From positions 1,426,001-1,490,000 of the forward strand of contig OZ037844.1 of the NCBI GenBank assembly GCA_964035575.1: a stretch of DNA of 64,000 bases, in the 5' to 3' direction. The notes under the pieces were generated by a model. It was given only the letters and a program-made list of their open reading frames with translations. It was not told where the DNA came from and did not search any database. The DNA comes from Rhynchopus sp. YZ270_cl-10. Taxonomy: Eukaryota. Shown one piece after another: positions 13,111 to 24,228 of the stretch (positions within the stretch are counted from its first letter, which is position 1; the number at the start of each line of letters is the position of its first letter). Made by a program: the position numbers and the translations under genes.

Positions 13111-14217
13111 TACTAAACATTTGGCAACAAGAGGAAATAGAATCGACGGAAGGTGCGTGTCCGCAAATTGTTTTTCATTCAGTATTTGTTTATTACCACT
13201 CACACAACTCAGTCAAGAGTTTAAAAAAAAAACACACACACAGTGTCACACACAATAAATTTGCGGAGCGATAAACGAAAAAAAAAAAAAGGTTGTTTTT
13301 TTTCTTCTCTTGTTTTCTTTTTATTTACTTTTTCCTATCCTGAAGTCAGATTCTATTTTAGTTCATTTTTAACATTTATGATGTGTGTGCACGTGAGACA
13401 CATTTATCAAGCTTTCTTCTTTTTTTCCCTCAGTGTTTGAATCTCCTCCCCTCTCCCCTCTGAGTTAAGCTCAAATGGCATGTTCATCTTTCCAATTTTT
13501 TTTTTGAAATATTTACTTTTACTTTTTCACGTTTTGCAAAAAAAATTACTACATAAAAAGAAAGTTGGGACCATTTTTTGATCCCTCCTCCTATGCTATC
13601 AATTTATTGAATGCACATGTGGAAATACTTCTTTTGGGTTTTCTTCTTCGATAGCATGTATGTGCTATCGGAGCCTGCTCCACACATTTTATTTTCTTTT
13701 TTCTTTTTTGAAATAAAGACGTATAATGCACGCATAGTCGTCTTTCAACCTTTTGTCTTCTTCGGTGATGAAGTACGTGATGCTGGGGGCCATCTTTGTC
13801 GTAGCTGCACCCACTCGCCCTAGTCACTCTGTCTGAAAAAAAAGGCATACATTCTGTATGAAGCGCATCCTCTGGGTGTCTGTACTACTGCAGTTTTTTC
13901 AAAAAAAAAAAAAAAAAAAAAAGTAAATTGTATTGGCTTCTTCGCGCGAATAACCAAGTAGTGTTCTTATCCCCTCCTATTTTGTTTTTGTTTTTGTTTT
14001 TTTGTTTCTAGGACTCACCATGAGTGAGGCTCAAGACATTTGATTATCTTTTCTCTTTTTTTTGTTGTGCTTTCCGGATGGCTGGCATCGTGGAATCAGT
14101 CGGAGGTATGCCTGCATCAACAACTACCATTTTTTTTTCTTCTTCGTTTGCGCTTTTAACTGCTCTTTCTTCCAGGGAAATAGCTTGGGTACTTTTGCTG
14201 GTTTCAAAACCAGAACG

Positions 14218-14779
14218 AGCTGGTTTACTGGTTTGGGGAAAAAAATAAAAAAAAAGTGGGATTCGGGATTCAGTTTTTCGCCTCCCCCCTGCACCACTTT
14301 CTTCACAGAAGAAAGCCTCACACGTAAGCGAACCCCTAAAAAGGGTGCATTGAGTGACTCTGTGGTGTAAAAAGCTACATTTTTTGCACCATACCCTAAT
14401 TTTTTTTCGCCTGCGGCGCCACTTGATATTATTTTTTTTGCTCCGCAAAAAAATAGAGTTTACAATGGCTAAAGGGATTCCCTTGCATTTTGCAGCCAAA
14501 CAAAATGCAACTTGGCCAAAGCTGCAAAAAGTTGACCGTTTTTTCAAAATGACCCACCGTTGCAACAGCCCCTGCTTCTGGAAGACGTATTGATTTATAC
14601 GGTTAGTGGAACGTAAGGTGCAAGACCAAGCTCCGTTAACAAAGGATTATATCCCGTTTTCTTTGTCTCGCAAACCTTACCCTGTACCTCTCCACTCTGG
14701 CTGTCAGGGAGGCGCGCGCGAAGCGCGCGACGACCGCTTTCAACTGGGGAATTTTTTTTTTCTAAACCAGCAAACCAGC
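14218..14779. mobile_element. Probable MITE
   Basis: GCTGGTTTACTGGTTT ... AAACCAGCAAACCAGC inverted ends. The internal block GAGTGACTCTGT..GTAAAAAGCTA..CGCCTGCG is shared with ~6975-7110. Confidence 0.5.
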
Positions 14780-15257
14780 AACATTTGAAAAGTGCACCTT
14801 TCAAGCTACTACCCTGCTTTCTTCTGCTTACTTTCAAAAAAAAAAAGACACGCACTGTGTCACATCACAACTACGGCATATCCCATACCAAAAGAGATTG
14901 CCTAAAAACACTGATATCGAACGCACATCGACCCCGATGAGTTATCTATTGTAATTTCTGTATTTATGATCATTCCTTTTTTTTTTTTACTTTTTTATTG
15001 TTTCTCACTGAGATGCGTTTGTAGCACGTTTCGACTACTCTTCTTTTTTTTCTTCTTTTTTTTTGCTCTCCCTTCAGGAATACCATTGAAGCCCGCCACG
15101 CACACACCTTTTTTTAATTTTTATGTACACCGAATGTTTCAACTACACACTTCCACGTAATTTCTTTTTTTCAAAAAAACAAAAAAAATAAAATAAAGCG
15201 GTCGTCCTACCGATGTGCTGCCCTCCTTTTTTTTTTTTTGCTTTGTTTTGTGACCAA

Positions 15258-15319
15258 GGTGCCTAAGCATGAGAGGCTTAGGGTCATCTTGTAAACCTTT
15301 TTTTTTTTTTTGTGTCCAG
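15258..15319 (+). other. Conserved intergenic hairpin family B, representative copy (others ~1446, 3896, 4068, 9223, 16181, 56203, 60580)
   Basis: GGTG(A/C)CTAAGC-loop-GCTTAG.(G/T)TCATC, then TAAAC, a polypyrimidine tract and AG. Confidence 0.65.
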
Positions 15320-16043
15320 GCTCCCTTGTGGGCTAGATGAGGGGGCGTAGCCCTGTTGTCATGCTCACTGTGCGAAAATCGCTATCGAAAAAAGAAAAAC
15401 AAAAAATCAAGGATACGCACACTGTCTTTGGTATTGCTCTACTGAGATAAAACACTTTATTTTTACGGAGGAATTTTTTTTTTTTCGTAGCAGTTTTGTT
15501 TTGGGCGGAAATTTTGTTTAACCACTAGTTCGTCTAGTAGTGAGGCAAGGGTAATTAGGTCGGCCATACCAAAAGCAACGTACCTACCTGAGGTTCATCG
15601 TAGGCGTATTTGATGTGGGTAGCGTACCAACTAAACAAAAGACGAGGTGTTCATTATTTTCTACAAAAAAAACAAAAAAACGGCCCCAAACCAGAGGCCT
15701 ATTCTTGAGAGTGTTTTCTTGTTCTTCTTTCTGGTTGGTGAATACTGCCCGCATGGGCGGCTACACTAAACCAACTAAGTCTTATTAAAACCCCCTCCCT
15801 CTTGGTGTTCAGAACCAGACAGGAACGGTACTAGTAGAAGCACAGGGGAGAAGTACAGGGAAGGTGGGTTCCGATCAACACCAGCTCCTTTTGTTTTTTT
15901 GTTGCTCTGTCTCAAGGCGGATGCAGGCTATGTCTCGTCTGCTCAAGATATTGTCCTTGCGAAGGGATTTCTTTTTCTTTTTCTTTTTTTTGCGACCTTT
16001 TTTTTTTGTGTTTGATTTTTTTTTTTCTTTTCTGTTATTGACC

Positions 16044-16120
16044 GCAGGGTACTTTGTGCTTTCATCCAGATGGATGGCATCGTACAGTGGGTCAGTCGGA
16101 GGTGTGCCTGCATCAATAAC
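16044..16120 (+). other. Conserved intergenic hairpin family E, representative copy (others ~8398, 14068, 60109)
   Basis: GCAGGGTAC...GATGG(C/A)TGGC-loop-GTCAGTCGGAGGTG..CCTGC-ATCAATAAC. Confidence 0.6.
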
Positions 16121-18133
16121 AACTACCATTTTTGCACGTTTTCGCGCAATTCGTTGCTGCGCGATAACGAATGTGATCAAGGTGACTAATCACGAAAACA
16201 TTAAGTAATCTAATCAGACTAAGCACAAGAGGCTTAGGGTCATCTTATAAACTTTTCTTTTTTCTTTTTTTTCTATTAGATAGCAAATCCTGTACATAAT
16301 TTGATGCAAACCTGCACAAATGTGTCTACAATTGAGGCACATTTATCCCTTCAATTTATGTCATTGGAACATTATCACCCCTCCCCCCCCGAGCCTCACA
16401 CCTCACTTATGAGACATACCCTTATGTGCTTCCCCCGTCTACTTACTGTGAGGGTCACCCCATCTGGTTCAAACCAGAGAGCTATCGTGAACACCTGAGC
16501 TGACCAATGAAGTACAGGGTATCTTTTTTTCAAGGTTGACGTAAGAAAGACTTAGGTTATCAATCTGATGATCTTTTTCTTTTTTCTTGCGTGTCAGTGC
16601 GACGCAGTTGTCTGAAGATTTTCCAGGACATAGCCTTCCGTCTAGATGTGTGTGCATGTGAGGCGCACTTATCTTGAAATTTTTTTTTTTCTTTTTTTCG
16701 TTGCAAGTTCCTTTATAGAGAAGTGACGTGGACTGAAATATCTGTCTTGTCAACAGAGAAAGAGAAAAAAATTAAGAAGTGGAAAAGTGGAGCTCATCCT
16801 CGGGTGTGGGGACTAAAACAACTCTAAGTTTTCAAAAAAGAGGAAAGCAAGGTGGGAACAGTGCGTGGCAGATAGTACAACACGATTTCCAACAATTTTT
16901 TTTCATGATGAAAAAAAAAGTAAGAAGTAATCGTAAGAGCTTAACCTCTCAATAGTTATATTTTGGGGTGTGCTCATTTTGGTGTCTATCTTCGATAACT
17001 CTTTCAGCAAAAAAAAAAAATAGCGTTTTTGTTTCTTTTTCTTTTTGTAGTCTTCTGTTATTTTTGGAAATTATTTTTTCCAATTTTTTGTGTGTGCCTT
17101 TTTTTCGTTCGATTTTTGTTTTTTTTCTTCTTATTTTGTTTCTTTTTTTTTCTTTTTCTTCTTTTCTTTGAAACATAGAAGACATGCGATGATATATGAT
17201 GTAGGATATGTTTGAGATCAGTCGTGGGTTTGCACCCCTTGCTCGGTATATTAACCATTTGTGTGTATTTTGCTTTTGTTAGATTCGTGCGCGGAGAGTC
17301 ACCTGCATCTGACAACAAAATTCTTTTCTTTTCTTTTTTTTTTGGTGAGTAGTTTCTTCTTCTTCTTTTTCTTTTTCTTCTTTTTTTTCGTTTTCTGCTC
17401 TTGCGTGAGAGAAACTGCCGCACAAGCTATTTCTCTTTTGCTCACCTGATACGGGGTCTTGCTCTTGAGCGCGTTAGGCACGACTCGCTCACGCCTCGCA
17501 CCCGTTCTCCCCTATCCCCTCCTCCCTCTTTCACCGGCTAGTCTATTGAGGAGCCGTTTTGCGTGGTGGAACATATGTTACGTTTTTTTAAAGATGTGTG
17601 CATGAAAGGCATAGCGTGCATGTAAATATGTTGGACCGTAATAATGTTGCAACGAACGAGCGTTTTTTCTGCAGTTCTAACATTATTACATTGACGGTAT
17701 ATCTTACAGCGTTTCCCCCCTTTTTCTGTCGTTGTTATAGTACATAGTGGTGCACAAAGACCTGTGGGGAGGCTAAAGGCCACCTCGTTCCCTCCCTTCG
17801 AACACAGAACAGATGGCATCGCTGAAGAAGCAACAAGATTCGTAGTGGTGAGAGCGTGCCAGTGGTATTCTGTATGGATGCGGAAAGTCACACCAGGTCG
17901 CCATCGATGGACAAAAAGAAAAAGAAAAGAAAAAAAAGAAAATGGTCATTTTTTTGGGAAAAACGAAAGAAATAACAAATCATGAAACCAGAGAACGTTT
18001 TCTACGAAATCAAATGATAATGCCTCCTTTGTCTCCTTTGTCTCCTTTGTGTCCTTTGTGTCCCTCCTCCCCACCTCACAATCCACGCATAAAAAGGAAA
18101 ACCACAACACACATTAACGAGAAGTTCAAAACC

Positions 18134-21001
18134 ATGTCGAAGCGACACGCAGACAGCACACCTGACGAGAAGGCACCAAAGAGAAGAAAGCTTTCAGACT
18201 CGGTCTTGGTGGAGGCTGCCAGGAACGGCGACACGACTGCCGTGCGGGTGGGACTTGAGAAGCTCATCCCAGACACAGACAGCAAAAGGGTTGCCTTCGA
18301 TGCTGTGCACGAGGCATGCAGAGGGAACCACGATGAATGCCTCGCACTGCTTCTTCCGTATGTTGAGACAACGCAGATGGGCTTCGGGATGCTGCTGAGT
18401 GAGTGCATCCACGCAGACCACACTGCGTGCACGGAGGTCCTCTTGCAGCATTGGAAGTCAGTCTGCAGCAACGTTGCGTTTGTCCCACACGGGCATAAGG
18501 TAGACATCGACGGTAAGACACCTCGTCCCTGTCCAGCCATGTGGGCGGACCCTGCAGTGTGTCAGGTGCTCATTGATGCAGGGGTAGACATCGAGACAAA
18601 GGATGAGAATGGACGTCCACCTCTTCTCAGGGCAAGCATTTCAGGCAAGATCGCAACTGTGAAGATGTTGGTCGAAGCAGGTGCGGGAGTGTGTGCCACA
18701 GACAACAGTGGAGACACATGTCTTATCCTTGCGTCACGTTTTGGACACACCGAGACTGTGCGCTATCTTGTGGGCTTGAAGGATGTGGACGTGAATCAAG
18801 TACATGGGAAGGACGGTTTCACGTCGTTGCACTACGCAGGGCAGCAAGGACCTGGCGATGTGGTGGAGGTGCTCATTGATGCAGGGGCAGACGTCGAGGC
18901 AAACCAGAATGGGTGGTCACCTCTGCTGTTGGCAAGCAGTTCAGGGCATCTCGATATTGTGAAGATGTTGGTCCAAGCAGGTGCGAGAGTGTGTATCACA
19001 AACAACGAAAGGCGCACATGTCTTTCCCTTGCTGCGTATTTTGGACACACCGAGACTGTGCGCTATCTTGTGGGCTTGAAGGATGTGGACGTGAATCACG
19101 CAGAGAACAAAAGTTGCACAGTGTTACACTGCGCAGTGCAGGAAGGGCATAGGTCTGTGGTACAGGTGCTCATTGATGCAGGGGTAGACATCGAGGCGAA
19201 GAACGATGTTGGTCGTTCACCTCTGCTGTTTGCAAGCAGTTTAGGTCATCTCGATATTGTGAAGATGTTGGTCGAAGCAGGTGCGGACGTGTGCGTCACA
19301 GACAATGAAGGTGACACGTGTCTGATGCTTGCGACGTATTGTGGACACACCGAGACTGTGCGCTATCTTGTGGGCTTGAAGGATGTGGAAGTGAATCACG
19401 CAGAGAACAACGGCTGGACTGCGTTGCACCTCACGGTGGAGCTAAAGCTTCCCGGTGTGGTGCAGGTGCTCATTGATGCAGGGGCAGACGTCGAGGCACA
19501 GGACACAGATGGGCTTTCACCTCTGCTGTTTGCAAGCAGCTCAGGTCATCTCGATATTGTGAAGATGTTGGTCGAAGCAGGTGCGGTGTGTGTCACAAAC
19601 AACAATGATGCCACGTGTCTGATGCTTGCGTCACATTCTGGACACACCGAGACTGTGCGCTTTCTTGCGGGCTTGAAGGATGTGGATGTGAATCAAGTAC
19701 ATGAGAAGGACGGTTTCACGGCGTTGCACTGCGCAGGGCAGCAAGGACGTGGCGATGTGGTGGAGGTGCTCATTGATGCAGGTGCAGACATCGAGGCGAA
19801 GAACGATGTTGGTCGTTCACCTCTGCTGTTTGCAAGCAGCTCAGGTCATCTCGATATTGTGAAGATGTTGGTCAAAGCAGGTGCGGGAGTGTGTGTCACA
19901 GACAACGAAGGTGACACGTGTCTTATCTTTGCGACGTATTTTGGACACACCGAGACTGTGCGCTATCTTGTGGGCTTGAAGGATGTGGACGTGAATCACG
20001 CAGACAACAACGGTTTCGCTCCGTTGTTCGTCGCAGTGCAGGAAGGACATGGTGATGTGGTGCAGGTGCTCATTGCTGCAGGGGCAGACATCGAGGCGAA
20101 GAACAAGGTTGGTCGTTCACCTCTGCTGTTGGCTAGCAGTTTAGGTAATCTCGATATTGTGAAGATGTTGGTCGAAGCAGGTGCGGGAGTGTGTGTCACA
20201 GACAACGAAGGTGACACGTGTCTTATCCTTGCGACGTATTGTGGACACACCGAGACTGTGCGCTATCTTGTTGGCTTGCCGGATGTGGACGTGAATCAGC
20301 AAGGAATGAATCACCAAACTGCGTTGCATATTGCGGTGCACAGTGCAGTGGACGAAGGACATCGTGATGTGATGCAGGTGCTCATTGATGCAGGGGCAGA
20401 CATCGAAGAAAAGGACGAGAACAGAGCTTCACCTCTGCTGTTTGCAAGCAGGTCAGGTCATCTCGATATTGTGAAGATGTTGGTCGAAGCAGGTGCCGGG
20501 GTGTGTGTCACAAACAAGAACGGACTCACGTGTCTTATCCTTGCGTCTGCCCGTGGACACACCGAGACTGTGCGCTATCTCGTTGGCTTGAAGGAGCTGG
20601 ATGTGAATAGCGCAGATAAAAGCGGCCACACTGCGTTGCACCACGCGGTAGAGCAAAATCGTTGCGATGTGGTGAAGGTGCTCATTGCTGCAGGGGTAGA
20701 CATAGAGTTGAAGAACAAGGTTGGTGGCAATTTCCCTCTGCTCGTGGCAAGTGGTTTAGGGCATCTCGATATTGTGAAGATGTTGGTCGAAGCAGGTGCG
20801 GACGTGTGCGTCACAGACAACAAAGGAGATACGTGTCTTATCCTTGCGATACAGGAAGGACATGCCGATGTACTGAAGGTGCTCATTGATGCAGGTGCAG
20901 ACTTCGAGAAAAAGGACAGCTTGGGACGTTCACCTCTGCTCTTGGCTAGTACTTCAGGGCATCTCGATATTGTGAGGTTATTGGTCAAAGCAGGTGCGTG
21001 A
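18134..21001 (+). CDS. Ankyrin-repeat protein, family copy 1 (~24 repeats), N-terminal NLS
   Basis: Family-conserved start ttcaaaaccATG (MSKRHADSTPDEKAPKRRKL). Canonical ANK motifs (GxSPLL.A...GHLDIVKMLVEAGA). Confidence 0.9.
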   Translation: MSKRHADSTPDEKAPKRRKLSDSVLVEAARNGDTTAVRVGLEKLIPDTDSKRVAFDAVHEACRGNHDECLALLLPYVETTQMGFGMLLSECIHADHTACTEVLLQHWKSVCSNVAFVPHGHKVDIDGKTPRPCPAMWADPAVCQVLIDAGVDIETKDENGRPPLLRASISGKIATVKMLVEAGAGVCATDNSGDTCLILASRFGHTETVRYLVGLKDVDVNQVHGKDGFTSLHYAGQQGPGDVVEVLIDAGADVEANQNGWSPLLLASSSGHLDIVKMLVQAGARVCITNNERRTCLSLAAYFGHTETVRYLVGLKDVDVNHAENKSCTVLHCAVQEGHRSVVQVLIDAGVDIEAKNDVGRSPLLFASSLGHLDIVKMLVEAGADVCVTDNEGDTCLMLATYCGHTETVRYLVGLKDVEVNHAENNGWTALHLTVELKLPGVVQVLIDAGADVEAQDTDGLSPLLFASSSGHLDIVKMLVEAGAVCVTNNNDATCLMLASHSGHTETVRFLAGLKDVDVNQVHEKDGFTALHCAGQQGRGDVVEVLIDAGADIEAKNDVGRSPLLFASSSGHLDIVKMLVKAGAGVCVTDNEGDTCLIFATYFGHTETVRYLVGLKDVDVNHADNNGFAPLFVAVQEGHGDVVQVLIAAGADIEAKNKVGRSPLLLASSLGNLDIVKMLVEAGAGVCVTDNEGDTCLILATYCGHTETVRYLVGLPDVDVNQQGMNHQTALHIAVHSAVDEGHRDVMQVLIDAGADIEEKDENRASPLLFASRSGHLDIVKMLVEAGAGVCVTNKNGLTCLILASARGHTETVRYLVGLKELDVNSADKSGHTALHHAVEQNRCDVVKVLIAAGVDIELKNKVGGNFPLLVASGLGHLDIVKMLVEAGADVCVTDNKGDTCLILAIQEGHADVLKVLIDAGADFEKKDSLGRSPLLLASTSGHLDIVRLLVKAGA

Positions 21002-21406
21002 GTGTGTCACAGACGATCGAACCAGAGTTATCATTTTTTTCTCGTGTCCGAGGTCAGCCTCGGCTCTGAACCATACTCTTTTTAGTAAGGAGCGACACCA
21101 TGTGAATGTCAGAGGTGCATATATTTCACGCTCAGGGTGAGAAGTCTTGGCGACGTCTGTGTACCAATACGTCTGGAAATGAAGTTCACTCTCTTCGGAC
21201 GCCGTGTGTCTTGCTTTCCTTTACCTTGGTTCTTTGCCTCCTTTGTCCCTCCTCCCCCACCTCACAACCCCCGTATAAGGAACACTTCGCTCAGGAGACT
21301 ATTTGCTCACTTCCTCGTCACCCATTGGCACAGTTCCCACTACAGATCTTCGTTTTCCTCTCCCCCCACACAGGTTTTGATTTCGCTTGTTTCTCACTCC
21401 CACAGT

Positions 21407-23662
21407 ATGGACGTGACTGCAGAGGACATTGTCTCAGGTCGTACGGAGCTCGTAGGTGTGGAGGAGGGTGATACGGGGCGTGCTTTCAAGCGCCGCTTGG
21501 GGGAGGTGTTTGGGTACGACGATGTGGATGTGACGGTAGGTGGGGAGCGCCTGCGTAGTGGTGAGGAAGGGTGTGCGGTGCTGGAGGCTGGGAGCAGGGT
21601 TGTCGTTGCACCGAGCGTCAAGCGTTACACACAGGGATTGAGCGAAGGCAATATGCGGCTTCGCGACGTTCCGTTCTGGGCACGCGACATGCGTGGCTGT
21701 GTGCTGGCCGCATGCACATTCAGTGGAGAGGAACTCCGCTATGCAGCCCCCTTCTACGCTGACGACTTTGACGTTGTCTTTGCTGCCGTCTCTTCGTGGG
21801 CAAGCGCCATTGTGGAAGCATCGGACAGACTGCGCAGCGACTACACCATCATCAAAGCTGCGCTACAAGGGGGTGAATGCTTCAGCAAGGCCTCCGATAA
21901 GGCGAAAGCAGACAAGCCTTTGGTGTTGAAGCTCCTGCGCGAACGCTACAGCATCCTCGAGCACTGCGCAGAGGCCCTGCGTGGTGACAAGGAGGTGGTG
22001 GAGGTGGCGCTCGCAGCCGAGCCACGTAGCTTCCAATACGCGTCTGAGGCGCTGCGTGCAGACGTCTCTGTCGCGTTGCCTGCAGTGGTGCTGCGTGCGC
22101 GCAACCTGCGCTTCGTGGGGGAGGTGCTCCTGCAGGACGCAGAGGTCGTGAAGGCGGCGTTGGCGAAGCGCCCCGACATGCTGTACCTTGCGCACGACAG
22201 CCTGCGTGCGGATAAGTCCGTTGTCATGCTTGCAGTAAAGTGCAGCGGCTTTGCCCTGATGCACGCAGCGGATGTGCTGCGTGGCGACAAAGACATTGTG
22301 CTGGCAGCAGTGCAGAACGCACCCGAGAGCCTCCGCTTTGTGTCGTGTGTACTATGTGACGACGCCGATGTGGTGTCGCGCGCGATGGACGGTGATGTGA
22401 AGGCGTTCCAGCACGCAAGTGCACGTCTACGCAACACCCAGAGCCTGGCGCTTCGGGCTGCGACGTGCGAAGCCTGCGTGCCCTTCATTGGGGAGTCACT
22501 GCGCGACAACGCCGAAGTGATGCGCATCGCCATCATGGCAACACGCAGCATGAAGCACGTGAGCGAGCGCCTACGTGCAGACCGCAGCTTTGTGCTTGCT
22601 GCTGTGGCGGAGGAGCCGTGCCTCCTGTCCTGGGCGTGCGACACACTGCGTGCCGACAGCGACGTGGTGCGTGCAATGCTACAGAGCACGAAGGTACGCC
22701 AGCTTGACTTTAAACGCGCAGCGGCAGCAGCACGCAGCGACAAGACGCTTGTCCTGGAAGCACTGCCGGCAGGCGAGACAGAGGACGGAACAATTATGCC
22801 GTTCGTCACTGGCGGGCTCATGTACGACCGCGACGTCTTCAAGGCCTCCCTTGAGCAAGGGGAAGTGGGCATGTGCCCGGCAGAGTTTGCCGACGACAAG
22901 GACATCGTTCTGAGCACCGTCGCAAATGACGGCTTTGCCCTGACCTCTGCATCCCCCGCCCTGCAGCACGACAAGGACGTGGTGCTGGAAGCCGTGCGAT
23001 GCACATGGCAGGTGATTCATTCTGTCTCGAAGGAGCTGCAATGCGACCTCGATGTTGTGGTGGCAGCTGTGCAGGGCGGGATGTCTCTTACTGCACTGCC
23101 TGCTGCACAGCGGCAGGAGCGCGGCGTTGCGCTTGCTGCTGTGGGCAGAAATGGGTTGAAGCTCAAGGAGGTGCCGGGCAAGCTACGCAACCAACACGAC
23201 GTTGTGCTGGCAGCTGTAAGCAACCATGGGTGCGCCCTGCAGTACGCAAGCAAGACGCTGCAGAAGGACGCTGACATCGTTCTTGCGGCAGTACGCAACA
23301 ACGGCGCTGCCCTGGCCTACGCACACAAGACTCTCTGCGACGACCGTGCTATAGTGCGTGCTGCCCTGCAAACCGACCACACCGCATTGGAACACGCCTC
23401 CACACGTCTCAGCAACGACATCGAGCTCTTGACGCTCCAAGCGGACGCTGTCGAACAAGACATCATGAGCGAAGAGGAGGATGAGGGTGAAGATGGGGAG
23501 GAGGACGAGGAGGGGGACGAGGACGAGGGGGAGGGGGAGGGGGAGGGGCAAGAGTCGAGCGAATCCTCCCTGTGCACCCTTCAACGCAATGAACACTGTA
23601 TTATACAGTTCGGCAGGAGACATGTTATTGAGCGAGCTACACGGCTTCCCCCACGGCAGTGA
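21407..23662 (+). CDS. Ubiquitin-like N-terminal domain + DUF4116-type repeat protein with acidic C-terminal tract
   Basis: ATG directly after a polypyrimidine-CAG acceptor (21404-21405). Repeats of type LQYASxxLRADxDVVLAAV. E/D-rich tail. GC-rich coding composition. Confidence 0.8.
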   Translation: MDVTAEDIVSGRTELVGVEEGDTGRAFKRRLGEVFGYDDVDVTVGGERLRSGEEGCAVLEAGSRVVVAPSVKRYTQGLSEGNMRLRDVPFWARDMRGCVLAACTFSGEELRYAAPFYADDFDVVFAAVSSWASAIVEASDRLRSDYTIIKAALQGGECFSKASDKAKADKPLVLKLLRERYSILEHCAEALRGDKEVVEVALAAEPRSFQYASEALRADVSVALPAVVLRARNLRFVGEVLLQDAEVVKAALAKRPDMLYLAHDSLRADKSVVMLAVKCSGFALMHAADVLRGDKDIVLAAVQNAPESLRFVSCVLCDDADVVSRAMDGDVKAFQHASARLRNTQSLALRAATCEACVPFIGESLRDNAEVMRIAIMATRSMKHVSERLRADRSFVLAAVAEEPCLLSWACDTLRADSDVVRAMLQSTKVRQLDFKRAAAAARSDKTLVLEALPAGETEDGTIMPFVTGGLMYDRDVFKASLEQGEVGMCPAEFADDKDIVLSTVANDGFALTSASPALQHDKDVVLEAVRCTWQVIHSVSKELQCDLDVVVAAVQGGMSLTALPAAQRQERGVALAAVGRNGLKLKEVPGKLRNQHDVVLAAVSNHGCALQYASKTLQKDADIVLAAVRNNGAALAYAHKTLCDDRAIVRAALQTDHTALEHASTRLSNDIELLTLQADAVEQDIMSEEEDEGEDGEEDEEGDEDEGEGEGEGQESSESSLCTLQRNEHCIIQFGRRHVIERATRLPPRQ

Positions 23663-24228
23663 AGCAAATCATGGCATATGGGTTTGCTAGTGCATAGGTT
23701 TTTACATGTGGTTTTTTTAGTGGTTTAGCTTGTGTAGATGTCATTTTTACATGGGAGGAGGGTTCGTTTTCTTGTGTATCAGCGCGAGTGTTCCTACCCC
23801 AGAAGCCACAAATTAATTTATTTCCTCCACCATCATGTAGGAAGTGTACCATAACAATGACATGTGCACAAATAATCTTTTTCTATGTGGCATGTTACAG
23901 TGTAAAGCCACTCATGTCATGTACTCCGTCGTGTAGCCATTCAACGGGGTTGAACAAGGCACGAGCCTTCCCACGAGGTTTTTCACTCAAGCAAAGTAAC
24001 GTAGGTCAAAGAGGTGGCACGACAACAACACACATATGAACCGGGTTTGCGGGTTGCGGGCCATACTGCCCTTCATCTTGCCTTGGGCTATCTCATTACA
24101 TAATACCCCACTTCCACCTGCATCACCCCTTCCCAACTCCACTTTTGTCAACACCAACACGAAAAGCCCTCCTCCCCCTCCCCCTCCCTCATTATCTTCC
24201 ACACCACAGAAAACACCCTCCCCCACCA

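Noticed and set aside
543..16830. Integron attC sites, SECIS elements or Helitron 3' ends as the identity of the hairpin families
   Set aside because: No RYYYAAC/GTTRRRY pairs around ORFs, no AUGA quartet with apical AA and correct helix length, and no CTRR terminus.
17942..18133. N-terminal extensions in the ORF track (also at 21137, 28812, 31701, 49151, 56423)
   Set aside because: Upstream parts are low-complexity leader sequence not conserved in frame. The ANK paralogs share the ttcaaaaccATG start.
18560..21000. CRISPR-like alternation of constant and variable DNA
   Set aside because: It is the in-frame coding periodicity of ankyrin modules. There are no cas genes and the context is eukaryotic.
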